Assembly (NCBI GenBank): GCA_043228905.1 | Contig: JBHGNT010000004.1 | Location: forward strand, 14,260,001-14,324,000 | From: Azolla caroliniana | Lineage: Eukaryota; Plantae; Polypodiophyta | DNA: 64,000 nucleotides | Direction of reading: 5' to 3' | Part shown: one piece after another, positions 34,709 through 48,382 of the stretch | Numbering within the stretch: the stretch's first letter is position 1 | Layout: every line of letters begins with the position of its first letter | Notes under the pieces: model-generated | Seen by the model: only the letters and a program-made list of their open reading frames with translations | Told to the model about the DNA's origin: nothing | Database searches by the model: none | Position numbers and translations under genes: made by a program

Positions 34709-37700
34709 TTACCCATCCGTAGGTCCCTTCGGACCCTTACCGTTTTCCTTACGGGTTGCCGTGTCTTCCTTTGCCTCTGCTACGGGTTCCCCGTCGTCTT
34801 TTTCTTCCATCCGTACTGTTCCCGGACAGGTTCCCGGTATAGTGCCGGTGAGCTGCATAAACGGGTTCTTTGGCATCGGTCCTTTATAGGGCTCTAGTCT
34901 AAATCCGTTCACCCACTTGCCTAGTACTTCACCGGCAAGTGTCCCTATCTGATAGGACCCGTTGTATTCCCGTGTCAGCCAATACGGGCCTATCCATCTA
35001 AACCGGAGTTTACCCGGCATCTTGCCCATCCTCGTTTGGAATACTAGAACCGGTTTTCCGATTTCGAACATCTTTTCGTTACCTTTCCGGTGACGGTCCA
35101 TGAACGCTTTCCATCGTCGTTGCTCCAGTTCCATGTGTAGGATGCTGGCCAGCCGTTGCTCCTCTAGTTCGCATAGTGCTGCTAGCCGCATTTCCTCCGA
35201 CTTCTTTTCATTCAGCCGTTCCCGTAGTTGGATCCGTAAGCTTGGTACCTGAAATTCCACCGGCATGACCGCTTCTAAGCCGAACGCTAACCGGAACGGC
35301 GTTGTCCGGATACTTGTTTTGAATGCCGTTCGGTACGCCCATAGCGCGCTATGGAGCTTTGTATCCCAGTCCGTCCGGTTTTCATTGACGATTTTGCGGA
35401 GAATGTTCTGCAGCGTTTTGTTGGTGAACTCTGCTAACCCGTTCGCTTGTGGGTAGTACGGTGTGCTCCGTTTATGGACCACGGCATAGAACGTTGTTAA
35501 GCTTTCCACTACCTGGCTGAGGAAGTGCCCTCCTTGGTCGCTGATTAATTCAATCGGACATCCATACCGGCACCAAATGTTCTCGTACAAGAATTTTGCT
35601 GTGGATGACGCGGTATTGTCTCTCAAGGCCTTAGCCTCCACCCATTTAGTGCAATAATCTGTTGCCACGATGACATAACGATTACCCGTTCTCATTGCCG
35701 GTGGCTTGAACGGTCCGACAAAATCCAACCCCCACTTCTGGAATGGCTCAAGTGGAAGTACCGGTTGGTGTGGCATCCGTGCTTGCTCCGTAGGCTGGCC
35801 CATTCGTTGGCATAGGTCACATTCCTTAGCATACTTGACGGCGTCTTTTAACGTCGTGGGCCACCATAACCCGCTCTACCATACTTTCCTTGCCGTCGCT
35901 TCCCCGGCATAGTGTCCTCCGGCAACCCCACAGTGTGCTTCCCGTAAGATTACTTGTTTCTCGTCACTACGGACTGCCCGTCTCCATATTCCATCTGCTC
36001 CTTTGTGGTAGAGAGTGTCCCGTAACAGACAGAAATTGCGGCTCTGCACCGCCAGTCGTTTCCTCTCGTCCCGGTTCATTTCCTCTGGTGGCAAGCCCGT
36101 GCTTAGGAACTGGTGCATGTTTGTCAGCCACCTATCTTCTGATACCACCGTGTCGTCCGCTGCCGTTTCCGGGGTGATACGGAATAACTCTGCGTCCGGG
36201 AATTCATCCGCTACTCCGTCGCCTGATTCTCCGGACTCTAACCGGCTCAGGTAGTCTGCTACGGCATGCTGGATACCGGGCCGGTGGAAGATCTCGAATT
36301 CGAACTCCTGCAACAGCAAGGTCCAACGGGCCAACTTACCGGTCAGGGACGCCTTGGACACTAAGTACAAGAGCGCCGAGTGATCCACATGAAAGGAGAA
36401 CTTCCTTCCCAATAGGTAATGACGAAACTTTGTGACACTGTAGATCATGCCTAGGGCCTCCCGTTCCGTAGTCGAATAGTTCTTCTCCGCTTGGGACAGC
36501 TTCCGGCTGGCGTAATATACCGGCCGGTACCATTTGGGCTCCGTAAGTTGCATTAAGGCGCTGCCGATAGCGATGTCGGAAGCGTCCACGAACACATGAA
36601 ATTCCTTGCTCCAATCCGGAGGCTGCACGACGGGTGCTTGCGACAAAAGTACCTTCAGGGCATTGTATGCCTTATCCTCCGTATCCGTCCATTGGAACGG
36701 TGTCCGATGTACCGCGGTGTGTAATGGTGTAGCCAAGTCAGCCAAGTGATGGAGCATCCGGCTGTGCCACCGGATCTGTCCTAAGAATCGGCTGAGTGCT
36801 TTGGCCGTTTTCGGCGCCGGTGCCCCTAGTATCGCGTTTACTTTGTCCGGGTCGACCGCAATGCCCTCACTTACAATGTGTCCCAGTAAGATTCCACTTG
36901 AAACCCCAAAGATGCATTTTGCTGGGTTTAAGCTTAGCCGGTATAACCTACACTTTTCAAGGCATAACCGTAGGTGCTGCAAATGGTCTTTTCCCCGGCT
37001 ATAGACTGCAAAATCATCCAGGAAAACCTGCATGAAGGCAGGAATGTATTCGCCGAAGATCTCCATGATGATTCGCTGGAAAGTTGCTGGTGCCGTTTTT
37101 AGGCCGAACATCATTACTTCGGCCACAAACACCCCCCATTCGGTGACGAACGCTATCTTCTCCTGGTCGTCGGGGTGCATCCGGATTTGATTGTATCCGC
37201 TGAAGCCGTCTAAAAAGCTATAAACTTCATGGCCGGCGACGGCATCCAGTACTCCATCCGTGAACGGAAGAGGGAATGCATCCGTAATTGTGGCGGCATT
37301 TAGTTTCCTGTAATCTACACACACGCGGATTTTACCGTTCTTCTTGGGGACGACGACGATGGGGCTCAGCCACGTCGCTTTCTTTACCGGCCGGATGAAG
37401 CCCACTCTTAGGAGTTTGTCGATTTCCTCCTTCACTTTGGCGGCGTAGTTGGGGTTCATTCGGTAACGTCTTTGCGCCACTGGTTTCGCGTCCTTGCCTA
37501 AGTGGATCTGATGCTGATATAATTGAGGGTCCAGCCCTCGCATGTCTTCGTATGACCAGGCGAATACGTCGCGAAACTCCGTGAGAAGTTTGATCATCGC
37601 CGCTTTATCTTCCGGCTTCATTTCTTTGGCGATGTGTACCGGCTTTGATTCGTCCTTGCTTCCTAGGTTCACTTCGTCGAGCTGGGATGCTTTTACCCGT

Positions 37701-40564
37701 TGGGAAACGGCCATTTCCCGTTCCAACGCTTCCTGTGCTTGCCGTAATTCCCGAATCGCATCTTTGTCTGGTTCGGCTTCGGTTTCGTCCCGTTGTGGCA
37801 AGTATGGCGCTACGGCTTCAGCCACGTCAATCTCGAAGAGTGGTACGATCTTCGGGTGTTCCTCCAAGTACTGGGCTTCTTCGTCGTCTGCCAACCCTTC
37901 AAGCATGTTCACGCATTCCGCATATAGCGGTGTGCATTCCTTACCGTTGCTTGTCCGTGGTTGTGTCGGTACCCGGACCTTGGCTTTTCCGCGCCGGAAG
38001 GTGATCATATTTTTCCGCCAATTTTGCTTGATGTGTGCTGTTTTCAACCATGGTCTGCCCAGCAACAGTGGGTACGCGCCTTGCGCCTGTAGCTGCAGCA
38101 CTACAGCCGAGATGTGAAATGTGTGGCCTCCTATGGTGACTTCCAATTTCCGTATTAAGCTCGTCGGCCGTACAGAGCTTGTATCCGCCATCCGTAGCCA
38201 GAACGGACATGGCTCCCATTCATGTATACCCAAGGCCTCACACGTGCGGAGGCTTATTACGTTCACCCCGGAACATCCATCGATTACTGTGCCGGGAAGT
38301 TCGTGCCCTTTGACAATAGCTGTAATCACCGGACTGCTAGTGTCCACCACCGTCGGTCCCTCCTCCGGGTTCGAGAAGAGGACTGGTGCCGGTGGGGCTA
38401 TACCGTCTGTCATGCCCGTTTTTAGTCCTTCCGTAAATCGCGGCACGAGTTGCAAGAGTCGTCCTAATGGCAACGTGATCTGACATTCTTGCAGTGCTTG
38501 CCATGTCTCGTTTTCTGGGTGGCTACCGCCGACACTCCCTATGGTATTCGCCTTTTGTCGTTCCGCGTCCGCGACGTTCCTTTCATTGGCTTCCTTCACC
38601 CATTCCGTCGCCTGTTTTCGTATGGCCTCTTGTGTTTCCCATTCTTTGGCCATGCCTTTCGACCGTGTGGTTACTTGCTGTATATCCGCTACTTCCGGAA
38701 CCACCATATTAACTGCTGGTCGTTTCTCGTAGCTCTTTACCGGGCACTGGTTACTGTAGTGGCCTTCCTGCCTGCAGTAGTAGCAGTACTCTTTACGGGT
38801 ATTGCTGGATTCAGCATTGCTGGTAGCCGGAGTCGGTCCCGTAGTGAGTGGTGCGTTCTGTGCCGGTTGGCTCCTTGGGGTTCCATGTTCCGGGTCCCTA
38901 GGGTGACCACCTTTCTTGAAATTACGTTTCTTATTATTCTTATTTTTATTTCGGTAGTCCTGTCGTGGTGGATCGTAAAATCGGCCGTAGTCCTCCTGGT
39001 GCCTTCGGTAACCAGGGGAATGGTCTTTGTCGTATTGCTCGTGTCGCCTGTTGGGCTCCCGATAACGGTCCGATCGCTCATACCGGTCGTAGTTATCATG
39101 CCGATTCCCGTACCGGCCATCATTCTCTTGTCTGTCTCCGTACCGGACATCCTGTGCCGGTCGGTACCGGTTCATTTTTTGCCAACGATCTTCATCTTCG
39201 TCTCGGCTGCTTCTTGGCTCGATCCGTCGGACGGGTGGTGCTTGTTGGTTTAACAGGTTATACTCGCACCGGTCTGTTGTATGACTCTTGGATTGACAAA
39301 TCACACACTGGGTTCGCATGGTGCACTCCACTGCCGAGTGTCCGGCATTCAAGCAGATTGTGCATTGAATTGCCTGCCGGAACCGGAGATCTTCCTCGGT
39401 GGGTAACGCCCGTTGCAGTGTTCCCAGTGTAAGCCATGAGCTTGACTTTTCCATTTCTCTGACCCGGTCAATGACCTGGTCAATGGTGCTTCCTCGAAAG
39501 TCGATTACCGTACACACCGTGCGTAATGGTTCCCGAAGTGCGTTTAAAAATATCGTCCGTAATTCCTCCTCCGGGGGTGCACGGGCAAGCTGGCTATGCA
39601 TTCGTTGGAAATGGATGACGAATTGGGGAATGCTTTCCCCTGCCTCCTGTCGAATCGTATAAAACAGGCCCACCATTGTCGTCTGGTCGACCTCCTTGTG
39701 GAAAAAATGCAAGAATTTTGCTTTTAATTCTGCAAAGGTTGTAATGGTCGCCGGGTCCTGCGTCCGCCGCCATCGTGTCGCTGGTCCTTCCAACGTGACC
39801 CCGAACTCCGCTATCTTCGAGCGTTCTTCTTCCTCCGGTGTCATTCGCTGGGACGTGTGATTTGCTTCCCATGTCTGCTCGAAGGCATGAACATGCGCTT
39901 CCGCGTCCGGATCATCGCGATACTTTGAGTATTGGAACGGCATGTCGTCGTCCAGTATTAGGCCGCGGTTTAGTGGCGTTTGTTGATATCTTTCCGGTTT
40001 CCTCTCCGGTTCCACTTCCGGTTGTTTTGCCGGTGCTTTTTCCGGTTCCTCTTCCGGTTCTTTTTCCGGTTCTTTCACCGGCTCGTCTTCCGGTACCTTT
40101 GCCGGCTCTTTCGTTGGTGTCGGTGGCTTTGCTTCTTCCACTTCCGGTGTTGATGGGTTGACGGCTTCCGTTTGCGGTTCCGGTTCTGGAGTCGGCACGG
40201 TATCCGACCCGTCGTCCTCCGGGCCGTCGGGGGTATCGTTGCTGCTCCTGTAGTTTGTGTGCACGCTGTATCCCCCTTCGGAATCCGATTCGTAGGCTGA
40301 AAAGGCTTCTGCCTCGTTTTCTCCGCCTGCCAGCGCCTCGAGGAGGCGTTCGGTTTCCCGGAGACTGCTTAGACTGCTTTCGTCGTCCTGGTCGCGAGTT
40401 TGCTGTAACCGAAGAGATTCCTCCGCGACTCTCCGGATCTCGTTGGAGAACGAACGATCCGAGCGAATTTCGTGCGCTGCTTGCTGGAAAGTCTCACGCC
40501 GTCTTTGCCGTTCGGCGAGGCGTCAAGCTCGGTCTGTAACCAAGTCGTGCGTTGGTCTAGTCAT
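34709..40564 (-). pseudogene. Single-frame gag-pol of A4 with two nonsense codons (Gag, PR, RT, RH, INT)
   Basis: 1462-aa ORF 35876..40264 plus in-frame 34709..35803; upstream ATG at 40564 is homologous to the A2/A3 starts. Confidence 0.95.
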
Positions 40565-40615
40565 CCATTACCGTCGTTCGCTGCGAGAACGCAGGAATTG
40601 TGGTCGCCAAAACTG

Positions 40616-41034
40616 TGTTATTCGCTAGCCGGACAAGGCCTAACACAAGGTGTCACGGAGACACTTCACCAAAGGGTGATTACGGCATAGGATTAAGATT
40701 CAACGATTACACCGACTTACGTAGGTTACACGATTAGAATGCTTTGGTTAATTACACGCGTAAGATATAACAGTAATTACAGAACGGAAGTCAATACAGA
40801 AGTATAAACATCATAAGCTCTATTAATTATCCGCTGCGATTACAATGGGGTCCGGGCCTTTAAATAGGTTTCCGGCCCGTAGTACAAAACGGTGCCTATC
40901 GCACCTATTCGGGATCCGTCCGGATCTGGAACGGCATACCGTTTCCAGTCCGTCCGTCCACACTATGCTCATTTACAACCATACTTAATTAATTCCTTCA
41001 CTCCGTATTTTGGACTCCTTGCCGGCCGGTAACA
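40616..41034 (-). repeat. 5' LTR of A4
   Basis: Followed on the minus strand by CAGTTT-TGGCGACCACA (PBS). Confidence 0.96.
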
Positions 41035-41039
41035 GGATG

Positions 41040-42601
41040 CAACGGTAGCCGATGAAGACACGTGGCTAATTGAGATGCATCAGTTCCTGAGCACCGGAGT
41101 ACCCCCGGAGAACATGGACCGCGATGAAAGGAAAAGGGTAGCAGTAACAAGCAGACATTTCTGCTTGGTTGGAGACACCCTCTATCACAAGGGGGCAGAT
41201 GGCATCTGGAGACGAGTAGTGCGGAGCGATGAGAAGAATCTAATCCTCAGGGAAGCCCACTGTGGAATAGCCGGCGGGCATTATGCCGGCGACGCAACCG
41301 CTCGGAAAATATGGCACAAAGGATTGTGGTGGCCCACCACCCTAAAAGATGCCGTGAAGTATAGCAGAAAATGCGATTTGTGTCAACGACTGGGCCAACC
41401 CACGGAGCAGGCCCGGATGCCACACCACCCGGTCTTGCCATTGGAACCATTTCAAAAGTGGGGTTTGGACTTTGTCGGTCCCTTCAAGCCACCGGCAATG
41501 CTAACCGGAAATCGGTATGTCATAGTGGCGACCAACTATTGCACCAAATGGGTAGAAGCGAAGGCCTTACAGGACAACACGGCCGCGTCCACGGCAAAGT
41601 TCCTATACGAGTGCATATGGTGCAGGTATGGATGCCCGATCGAGCTTATAAGTGACCAAGGAGGACACTTTCTCGGGCAGGTAGTAGAAAGCCTGACGTC
41701 ATTTTACGCAGTGGTACATAAAAGGAGTACTCCCTACTACCCTCAAGCCAATGGACTAGCGGAATCAACGAACAAAACTCTGCAGAACATCCTACGAAAA
41801 ATCGTCAACGAGAACCGGACCGACTGGGATACGAAATTGCAGAGCGCGCTATGGGCGTATCGAACAACGTACAAAACCAGCATCCGGACAACCCCGTTCC
41901 GACTAGCATTCGGTTTAGAAGCGGTCATGCCGGTAGAGTTCCAGATCCCCAACTTACGGATCCAGGTAAAGGAGCGCTTAAGTGAGAAGGAGTCCGAACG
42001 AATCCGGCTGGCGACGTTGTTGGAATTAGAAGAAAACCGAATAGCCAGCTTACTACAACTCGAACTAGAGCAAAGGAGGAGAAAAGCTTTCGTGGACCGA
42101 CACCGGCGTGGTAACGAAAAGGAGTTCGAAGTCGGGAAACCGGTGCTATTGTTCCAGACACGGATGGGGAACATGCCGGGAAAGTTGCGGTTTCGGTGGA
42201 CCGGACCGTTCTGGATCACCAAGGAGTACAATGGGTCGTATTAGCTCGGCACGTTGTCTGGAGAAGTCATCGGTAAGTGGGCAAATGGGTTTCGGCTAAA
42301 GCCGTATAAGGGAAATATGCCAGCCAACCCGTTCAAGCAAAACCCGGAGATCCGGCACGATGAGGAACCGACACCGACAGATGCTGCTACAGATATCTGG
42401 ACCGAGGAAGAACCGACACCGACAGACGCTGCTGCAGATATCCGGACCGAGGAAGAACCGACACCGACAGACGCTGCTGTAGATATCCAGACCGAGGAAG
42501 AACCGACACCGATACTGACAAAGACTATCCCGGAAAACCGACAGAAGGATCCGGTATCAGTGCGAATCGACCCGAACAAATCGGGGGGGACCAGAAAATG
42601 A
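41040..42601 (+). pseudogene. Integrase of A3 (one stop); C-terminal 45-bp repeat EEEPTPTDAAxDIxT
   Basis: ORFs 41075..42244 and 42254..42601, highly similar to the A1 integrase. Confidence 0.93.
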
Positions 42602-42621
42602 TGTGGTCCAAACAAACAAAG

Positions 42622-42653
<32 letters not shown>

Positions 42654-43018
42654 GTAATGATGGGGAGATCACAAGAAGTGGGAGCGCCACCATGCAATGA
42701 AGAGGCGCCATGCAGTAAAGGAGGACGTGCGCGTACTTGCTATTTAAAGCATGGAACGTGGGCACCGACATACGAGGTATTACTCACACGCGGCAAGCAA
42801 GAAAGGACATACTAATTATGGCGGGAGATAGACATGCGCGGGAAACGGAAAAGGGCGGCTCGAAGCAAAAGCCACTATATAAGACACAGGCCTGCGAAGG
42901 ACTTACTTTTTACGAATTTTCCTACACACAGGCGCAGAAGCACAGAAGAGTGATCCGACGCACAGCGCACACACATCCCGATCCCGAACAACAGACAGCA
43001 GAAGAAGAATTCGAACCA

Positions 43019-45945
43019 ATGGCACTGTCGGAGGAGGCACGCCAATGGATGACGGAGAACGGGTTAGAAGGATTGTTGTGGATCGCCAACGCTCCACCAC
43101 ACGCAGAACCAGAGCAGGCGGCAGCATCGATTGATTTATCAGAAATCACGGAAGGAGCGGTGCAGGCGCTCACGGGGATAAAAGCAGGAGGACTTCAAAC
43201 GATCGAAAACCCTTCAAGTGGAATCCTATTCGAATATTTCGGTGAGTATTCCATCAGCAGCAAGGCGTACCGAACACAGGGCGGAGAGAACCTGTTGTTC
43301 GGAGAAGTGGCCCATGCCATGATGGAATACGGATTCGTGAATTCTCGTCCCCCGGCCATAGCCAGGTACCGGGCAGCGTTCTTAATTGCAACGTACGAAG
43401 GATTACAAGTGGACTGGCTCCATTTCATAACCGAAGGATTGAAGGAGGCCATCAAGAACCTTGTGGAAGGAAAAAAGCCATGGGCCGGGATAGCACAATG
43501 GCTAACGGTGCTAGTCCCACCGGTGCTTCCCATCAAACAAAAGAAAAGAGGTCGGCAGGAGATGACGCCGAAAAAGGTCACAAAGCGCCGACATATCCTG
43601 GAGAAACACACCCCCGGATGGACCCAGGAAGAAGCAGAACAGCGGGAGGAAGGACCATCCCGACAGCAATAGGAACCGGCAACAAAGGCAAAACCGGCAG
43701 GAAAAGGCAAAGGAAAATCGGCCGAGGAGGAACCGGTAGCGCTCAAACCAATCAATATAACGCTGCGACGGTCGGAACCGGAACCAGAGGTCTTTATACA
43801 AAGGTCCGTCTGGTAGCCGCACCGGAGGAGGAAGCTGAAGTAGAAGACTCATCTGAACCACTAGTAAGACCCCCAGCAAGACAAGGTCGGGAGAGACGGG
43901 CGAGAGGACCAGCTCCACCAGTTGACAAAACTCAGCAGAGGGCGCAAGGACCACCTCCAGTAGCTGGGGCGGAAGCAGTACCGGAACCCGTACCGAGGGA
44001 AGCAGCACCGACACCGGTTTTGCCGGACTTCAGAGAACCGGTCATCCCAGAGAAGAGGAATGAACAAGCGCCGGAGCCAGAGAAAAGGCCGGAAAAACAA
44101 CCTGAGTTAAGGAGTAGAAGTGAGCAAAGCTACCCCGACACAGGAAGCACAAAGCCACAATGGCTGAGATGGCTTTCGGAGCAGTTATCGGGAGTAGCGG
44201 ACCAGTTAGAGGAAGAAGAAACGTGTAGGCAACATCGGACGCATACAACAACCCAGGAGTTGGTCGCGCTCCGAACACAGATCCAGGAATTGCAAGGGGA
44301 GCTGTTGCAAGCAAGGGAAGGAATTCAACAAGCACAAGTTGTCACCGAGCCGGTCGGGATAACAAGGAAGCAACCAGAACCGGAACCAGAACCGGAACCG
44401 GTAGCCTTGCAAACCGGCCTTGAAACCGAAAAAATAATAGAAACCTTGCGAGAGGAGTTAAAAGCTCAGGAGGCATTAAGGGAAAAAGAAAGGGAGCAAC
44501 GGAAAGCGGTGGAGAACGACAGACGGAAAATGGAAGAAGGCCTCCGGAAAGGTCGAGCCACTAATGACCGACTGCAAGAAGAAAAAGAGAAGCTGCAAAA
44601 AGAGAAGGACCGACTGCGTCGACATGCCGAGCAGGAGATAGAACGACTGCAGGAAGAACTCCGACAACAGAAGGACCGGGACGATCGGTTAAGAGCTCAG
44701 GCAAACCGACGCCTGAAGCAGAAGACGGAGGACTTCGACCGTCTCTACCGAGATCACAAGCAGGCCGAGTCGGACAACAAGAAACGAGCAGCAGACTACA
44801 ACCGGCAAATAGAGAAGCTGAAAGAACAGCTCAAAGAGACCCGATTAGACCTGGCTAAGACAATGGACGAGGTCAGTGCCAAAAAGGAAGCATTGTCGGC
44901 GGAAATAACCCAAGCGACGAAGAGAAGGAAGGAATTAGAGACGCTAAGGCGGGAAAAGCTGGATCTGACCAAGATCAGGAATGAAAAAAAGGAAAGATCG
45001 ACCTTCACGATCAACAAACTGCAAAGTACCTATGAAAAGCAGAAAGCGGATTACGAGGCCTAGACTCAGATAATGGCCGACATTATAAAACGGGCAAGGA
45101 AGGAAAAGCAAGAAGCTTATGCGCATGCTAAGGCGGGGGTTGACCGGATCAAGCTCATCATGTCAGGTTGGAGTACCCGAGCTCAGGCAAGCATCAACGA
45201 AAGTGCGGAAAAGCTATGGAAGGAGTGGTCACAACAGGCAGCCGAGCTGCAGACACTCTGAGCTGATGCCGAGAATCGGAGGAAGACCGGTGACAAGTTC
45301 TACAAGATGGATGAAGAAAGTATCGTCGCCATTCGGGAAGAATTGTCGGAGGATTTCTACGCTTTAGCGGAAGAACATCTCAAAGAAATCCGAGGGTTGG
45401 TAGAGAGGTTGGATGACGGGCAGCTCGCAACTCAGTTGGAGTTGGAGAAATACGAGCAGGACCAGTTACGACAGGAAGCCAAGGGAAGAACGACGCCAAT
45501 CACTATAAGTGAGGGAGAGCGACTGGCTGAAGTTGAACCAACCGACACCGAACAACCCCAACAAGGAATACCCGAAGAAGAACTTCCGTTCGAAGGAAAT
45601 CAAGAAGAGCAGGAGCAGACCGATGCCGGAGAAGAAGAAGAGTTGAGACCGGAAGACACCGAAGCAGAGGAAGAAGGCGCACCGAGCCGACCAGTCGAGA
45701 CCGGAGAAAGAGACACTGGTAACAGAACAGATCCTGGAACGGAGGGAGAACAGGAAGAACCCGGACGGAGCGGTGAGGAAGCACCGGCACCACAGAATCA
45801 AGCAGAGCCGGAGCAACAAATTTTTACGGAACAACCAACCCAACCGGAGGTCGGAGACCAGGCAGGCAAGGAACAGGAATTGGAGGAAGAAGCACCACTT
45901 GATACCTTCGAGCAGAGTGTGCTCGATATTTTGGAGGAAGAATGA
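43019..45945 (+). pseudogene. Extra 3' ORF of A3 (stops, frameshift)
   Basis: MALSEEARQW...; ORFs 42737..43672, 43480..45063, 45073..45261, 45307..45945 are collinear with the A1 extra ORF. Confidence 0.87.
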
Positions 45946-45953
45946 GGCCGGGA

Positions 45954-45993
45954 GTGGATTCGAAGTGCAAGGCACTTTCCCCCGGGCGTGCCA
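45954..45993 (+). other. tRNA 3'-half-like, CCA-ended element at the PPT position (A3)
   Basis: GTGGATTCGAAGTGCAAGGCACTTTCCCCCGGGCGTGCCA, then TG, then the LTR. Confidence 0.8.
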
Positions 45994-45995
45994 TG

Positions 45996-46384
45996 TGTTG
46001 ACTGGTCAGAAGAGCAAGGACAAGTGGGAAGACGGAGTCGGATCGGATAATAGGAAGTAAATAATAGTATAATTATTATTCGGAGGGACGGATCCGGTAC
46101 AGTTGTACCGATCCGGATCCGGACCGATTCGGATGCCGGTTGCCTAAGCACACCGATTGTAACCTTGTCGGATGCCTATAAAAGGATCCGATGATTTGTA
46201 AAGGCTTTACGGAAGTAATACAAAAGTAATTATTGCGTGTTTATCTTTATCTTTGTATTGTTTTACCATCTGTGCTTAGGGTAATCATCTTATGCGTGTA
46301 ACCTAGCATCCAATCCTTACCACCCCTTTGGAGAAGTGTCGGATAGACACCTGTGTTGAGGCTAGTCCGGCCAGGCAGACAACA
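45996..46384 (+). repeat. 3' LTR of A3
   Basis: Direct repeat of 26432-26820. Confidence 0.95.
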
Positions 46385-48035
46385 CCATGTAGATCATTCG
46401 ACACTCCTTTACCTGGTGTCCAAAGCGTCACTCACCGTCAAATTGGCCCGGTGGACATTACTGTTACAGGAATTCGAGTTTGAAATATTCCACCGACTCG
46501 GTATACAGCATGCCGTAGCGGATTACTTAAGCCGATTAGAGTCCGGAGAGACGGGTGACGGAGTACCGGATGAGTTTCGGGATGCGGAGCTATTTCGAGT
46601 CACTACGGAGATGGCAGCAGATGAGACGGTGGCACAGGAAGACAAATGACTCACAAATATGCACCAGTTTCTGAGCACAGGACTGCCTCCGGAGGAGATG
46701 AACCGGGACGAACGGAAACGCCTGGCAGTGCAAAGCCGACATTTCTGCTTACTGCAGGACACACTATACCACAAGGGCGCGGACGGCATATGGAGACCGG
46801 CGGTGCGCAGCGATGAAAAGGAATTGATATTGAGGGAAGCCCACTGCAGAGTTGCCGGTGGTCACTATGCCGGAGATGCGACGGCCAGGAAAATATGGCA
46901 AAGTGGCCTATGGTGGCCAACGACATTAAGAGATGCGGTACGGTACGCAAAAGAATGTGACCTATGCCAGAGAATGGGCCAGCCAATGGAGCAGGATCGT
47001 ATGCCACACCAGCCGATACTACCACTCGAGCCATTCTAGAAGTGGGGGTTGGACTTTGTTGGACCGTTTAAACCACCAGCAATGAGAACGGGTAATCGGT
47101 ACGTCATCGTCGCGACGGATTACTGCACAAAATGGGTGGAGGCCAAAGCATTAAGGGACAACACTGCTGCGTCAACAACGAAATTTCTATATGAGTACAT
47201 CTGGTGCCGTTACGGATGCCCAATCGAATTAATAAGTGACCAAGGGGGGCACTTTCTCGGCCAAGTAGTGGAAAGCCTGACGACATTCTATGCTGTTGTC
47301 CACAAACGGAGCACACCTTACTATCCGCAAGCGAACGGGTTAGCGGAATCAACGAACAAGACGCTCTAGAATATCCTCAGGAAGATCGTCAACGAAAACT
47401 GAACAGATTGGGATACCAAGCTACATAGCACGCTTTGGGCATACCGGACGGCATACAAGACGAGCATCCGAACAACACCGTTCCGGTTAGCGTTCGGACT
47501 AGAGGCGGTAATGCCGGTGGAATTCCAAGTACCCAGCTTACGGATCCAGCTACGGGAACGGCTGAACGAGAAGGAGTCGGAGGCAATACGGTTGACAGCG
47601 CTGTGTGAACTCGAGGAACAACGACTCGCAAGCATCCTGCACTTAGAATTGGAGAAACGGCGACGGAAAGCATTTGTCGACCGGCACAGGAAAGGAAACG
47701 AAAAAATGTTCGCAATTGGCAAACCGGTGTTAGTATTTCAGACCCAGATGGGCAAGATGCCGGGTAAACTACGGTTTAGATGGACCGGACCATATTGGCT
47801 AACACGGGAGTATAATGGGTCCTACCAGTTAGGGACACTTGCCGGCGAAGTGCTAGGCAAATGGGTCAACGGATTCCGATTGAAGCCATATAGAGGACCG
47901 ATGCCTAAGAACCCATTTGAGCAAAGGACCGACACCAATGAGGGAAACGGCAACCACCAAGACGGTAGAGACAGCGAGCCAGGAACGGGGGAAAATGAGG
48001 CCGGTAAGGGTCCGACAGGACCAACGGACAAGTAA
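46385..48035 (+). pseudogene. RNase H end and integrase of A2
   Basis: HVDHSTLLYLVSK continues the frame broken at 26431; HHCC, DDE, RWTGPYW. Confidence 0.93.
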
Positions 48036-48382
48036 CGTCACACTAAATTAAATTATTAAAAAAATAAAAAAAAAACAATCATGTAAAAGCGAGGAATGAA
48101 TGGATGAAAGAGTGAGGAACGAAAAGGTACGTAGTGGGCATTTAAAGCGCCACCACAGGACATAATGCTATTTTAGTACACGACATGCACACACTCGAAA
48201 AAGGCGCCAGAATGCACAGACAAAAACCACTGCGCGTAGAGACCCTTTACTTTCGCGAACCCAGGAGCACAGAAGCACCAAGACGCTGCAACATCATCAG
48301 ACGAGAACCTACGCACAGAGAACCCCCGCCTTCTGAACTCTCTCTCTCTCAACCTCACTCTCATCACCATCCAACCTCGCCA

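Larger units (their letters stand above)
31213..41034 (-). mobile_element. Family A copy A4, full length (9.8 kb), youngest, TSD GGATG
   Basis: 419-bp LTRs 31213-31631 and 40616-41034 (5 differences by eye); GGATG at 31208-31212 and 41035-41039. Confidence 0.96.
26432..46384 (+). mobile_element. Family A copy A3, TSD CCATG
   Basis: 389-bp LTRs 26432-26820 and 45996-46384 (about 10 differences by eye); CCATG at 26427-26431 and 46385-46389. Confidence 0.95.

Noticed and set aside
35874-35880. Programmed stop-codon readthrough before the integrase in A4
   Set aside because: Sister copies have sense codons here (KIWQSGLWW); this is a simple C-to-T nonsense mutation
45991-45995. CCATG before the A3 3' LTR as evidence of a solo LTR with its own TSD
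   Set aside because: GCCATG precedes the 3' LTR in A1 and A4 too, so it is internal sequence; the match to the TSD is coincidental
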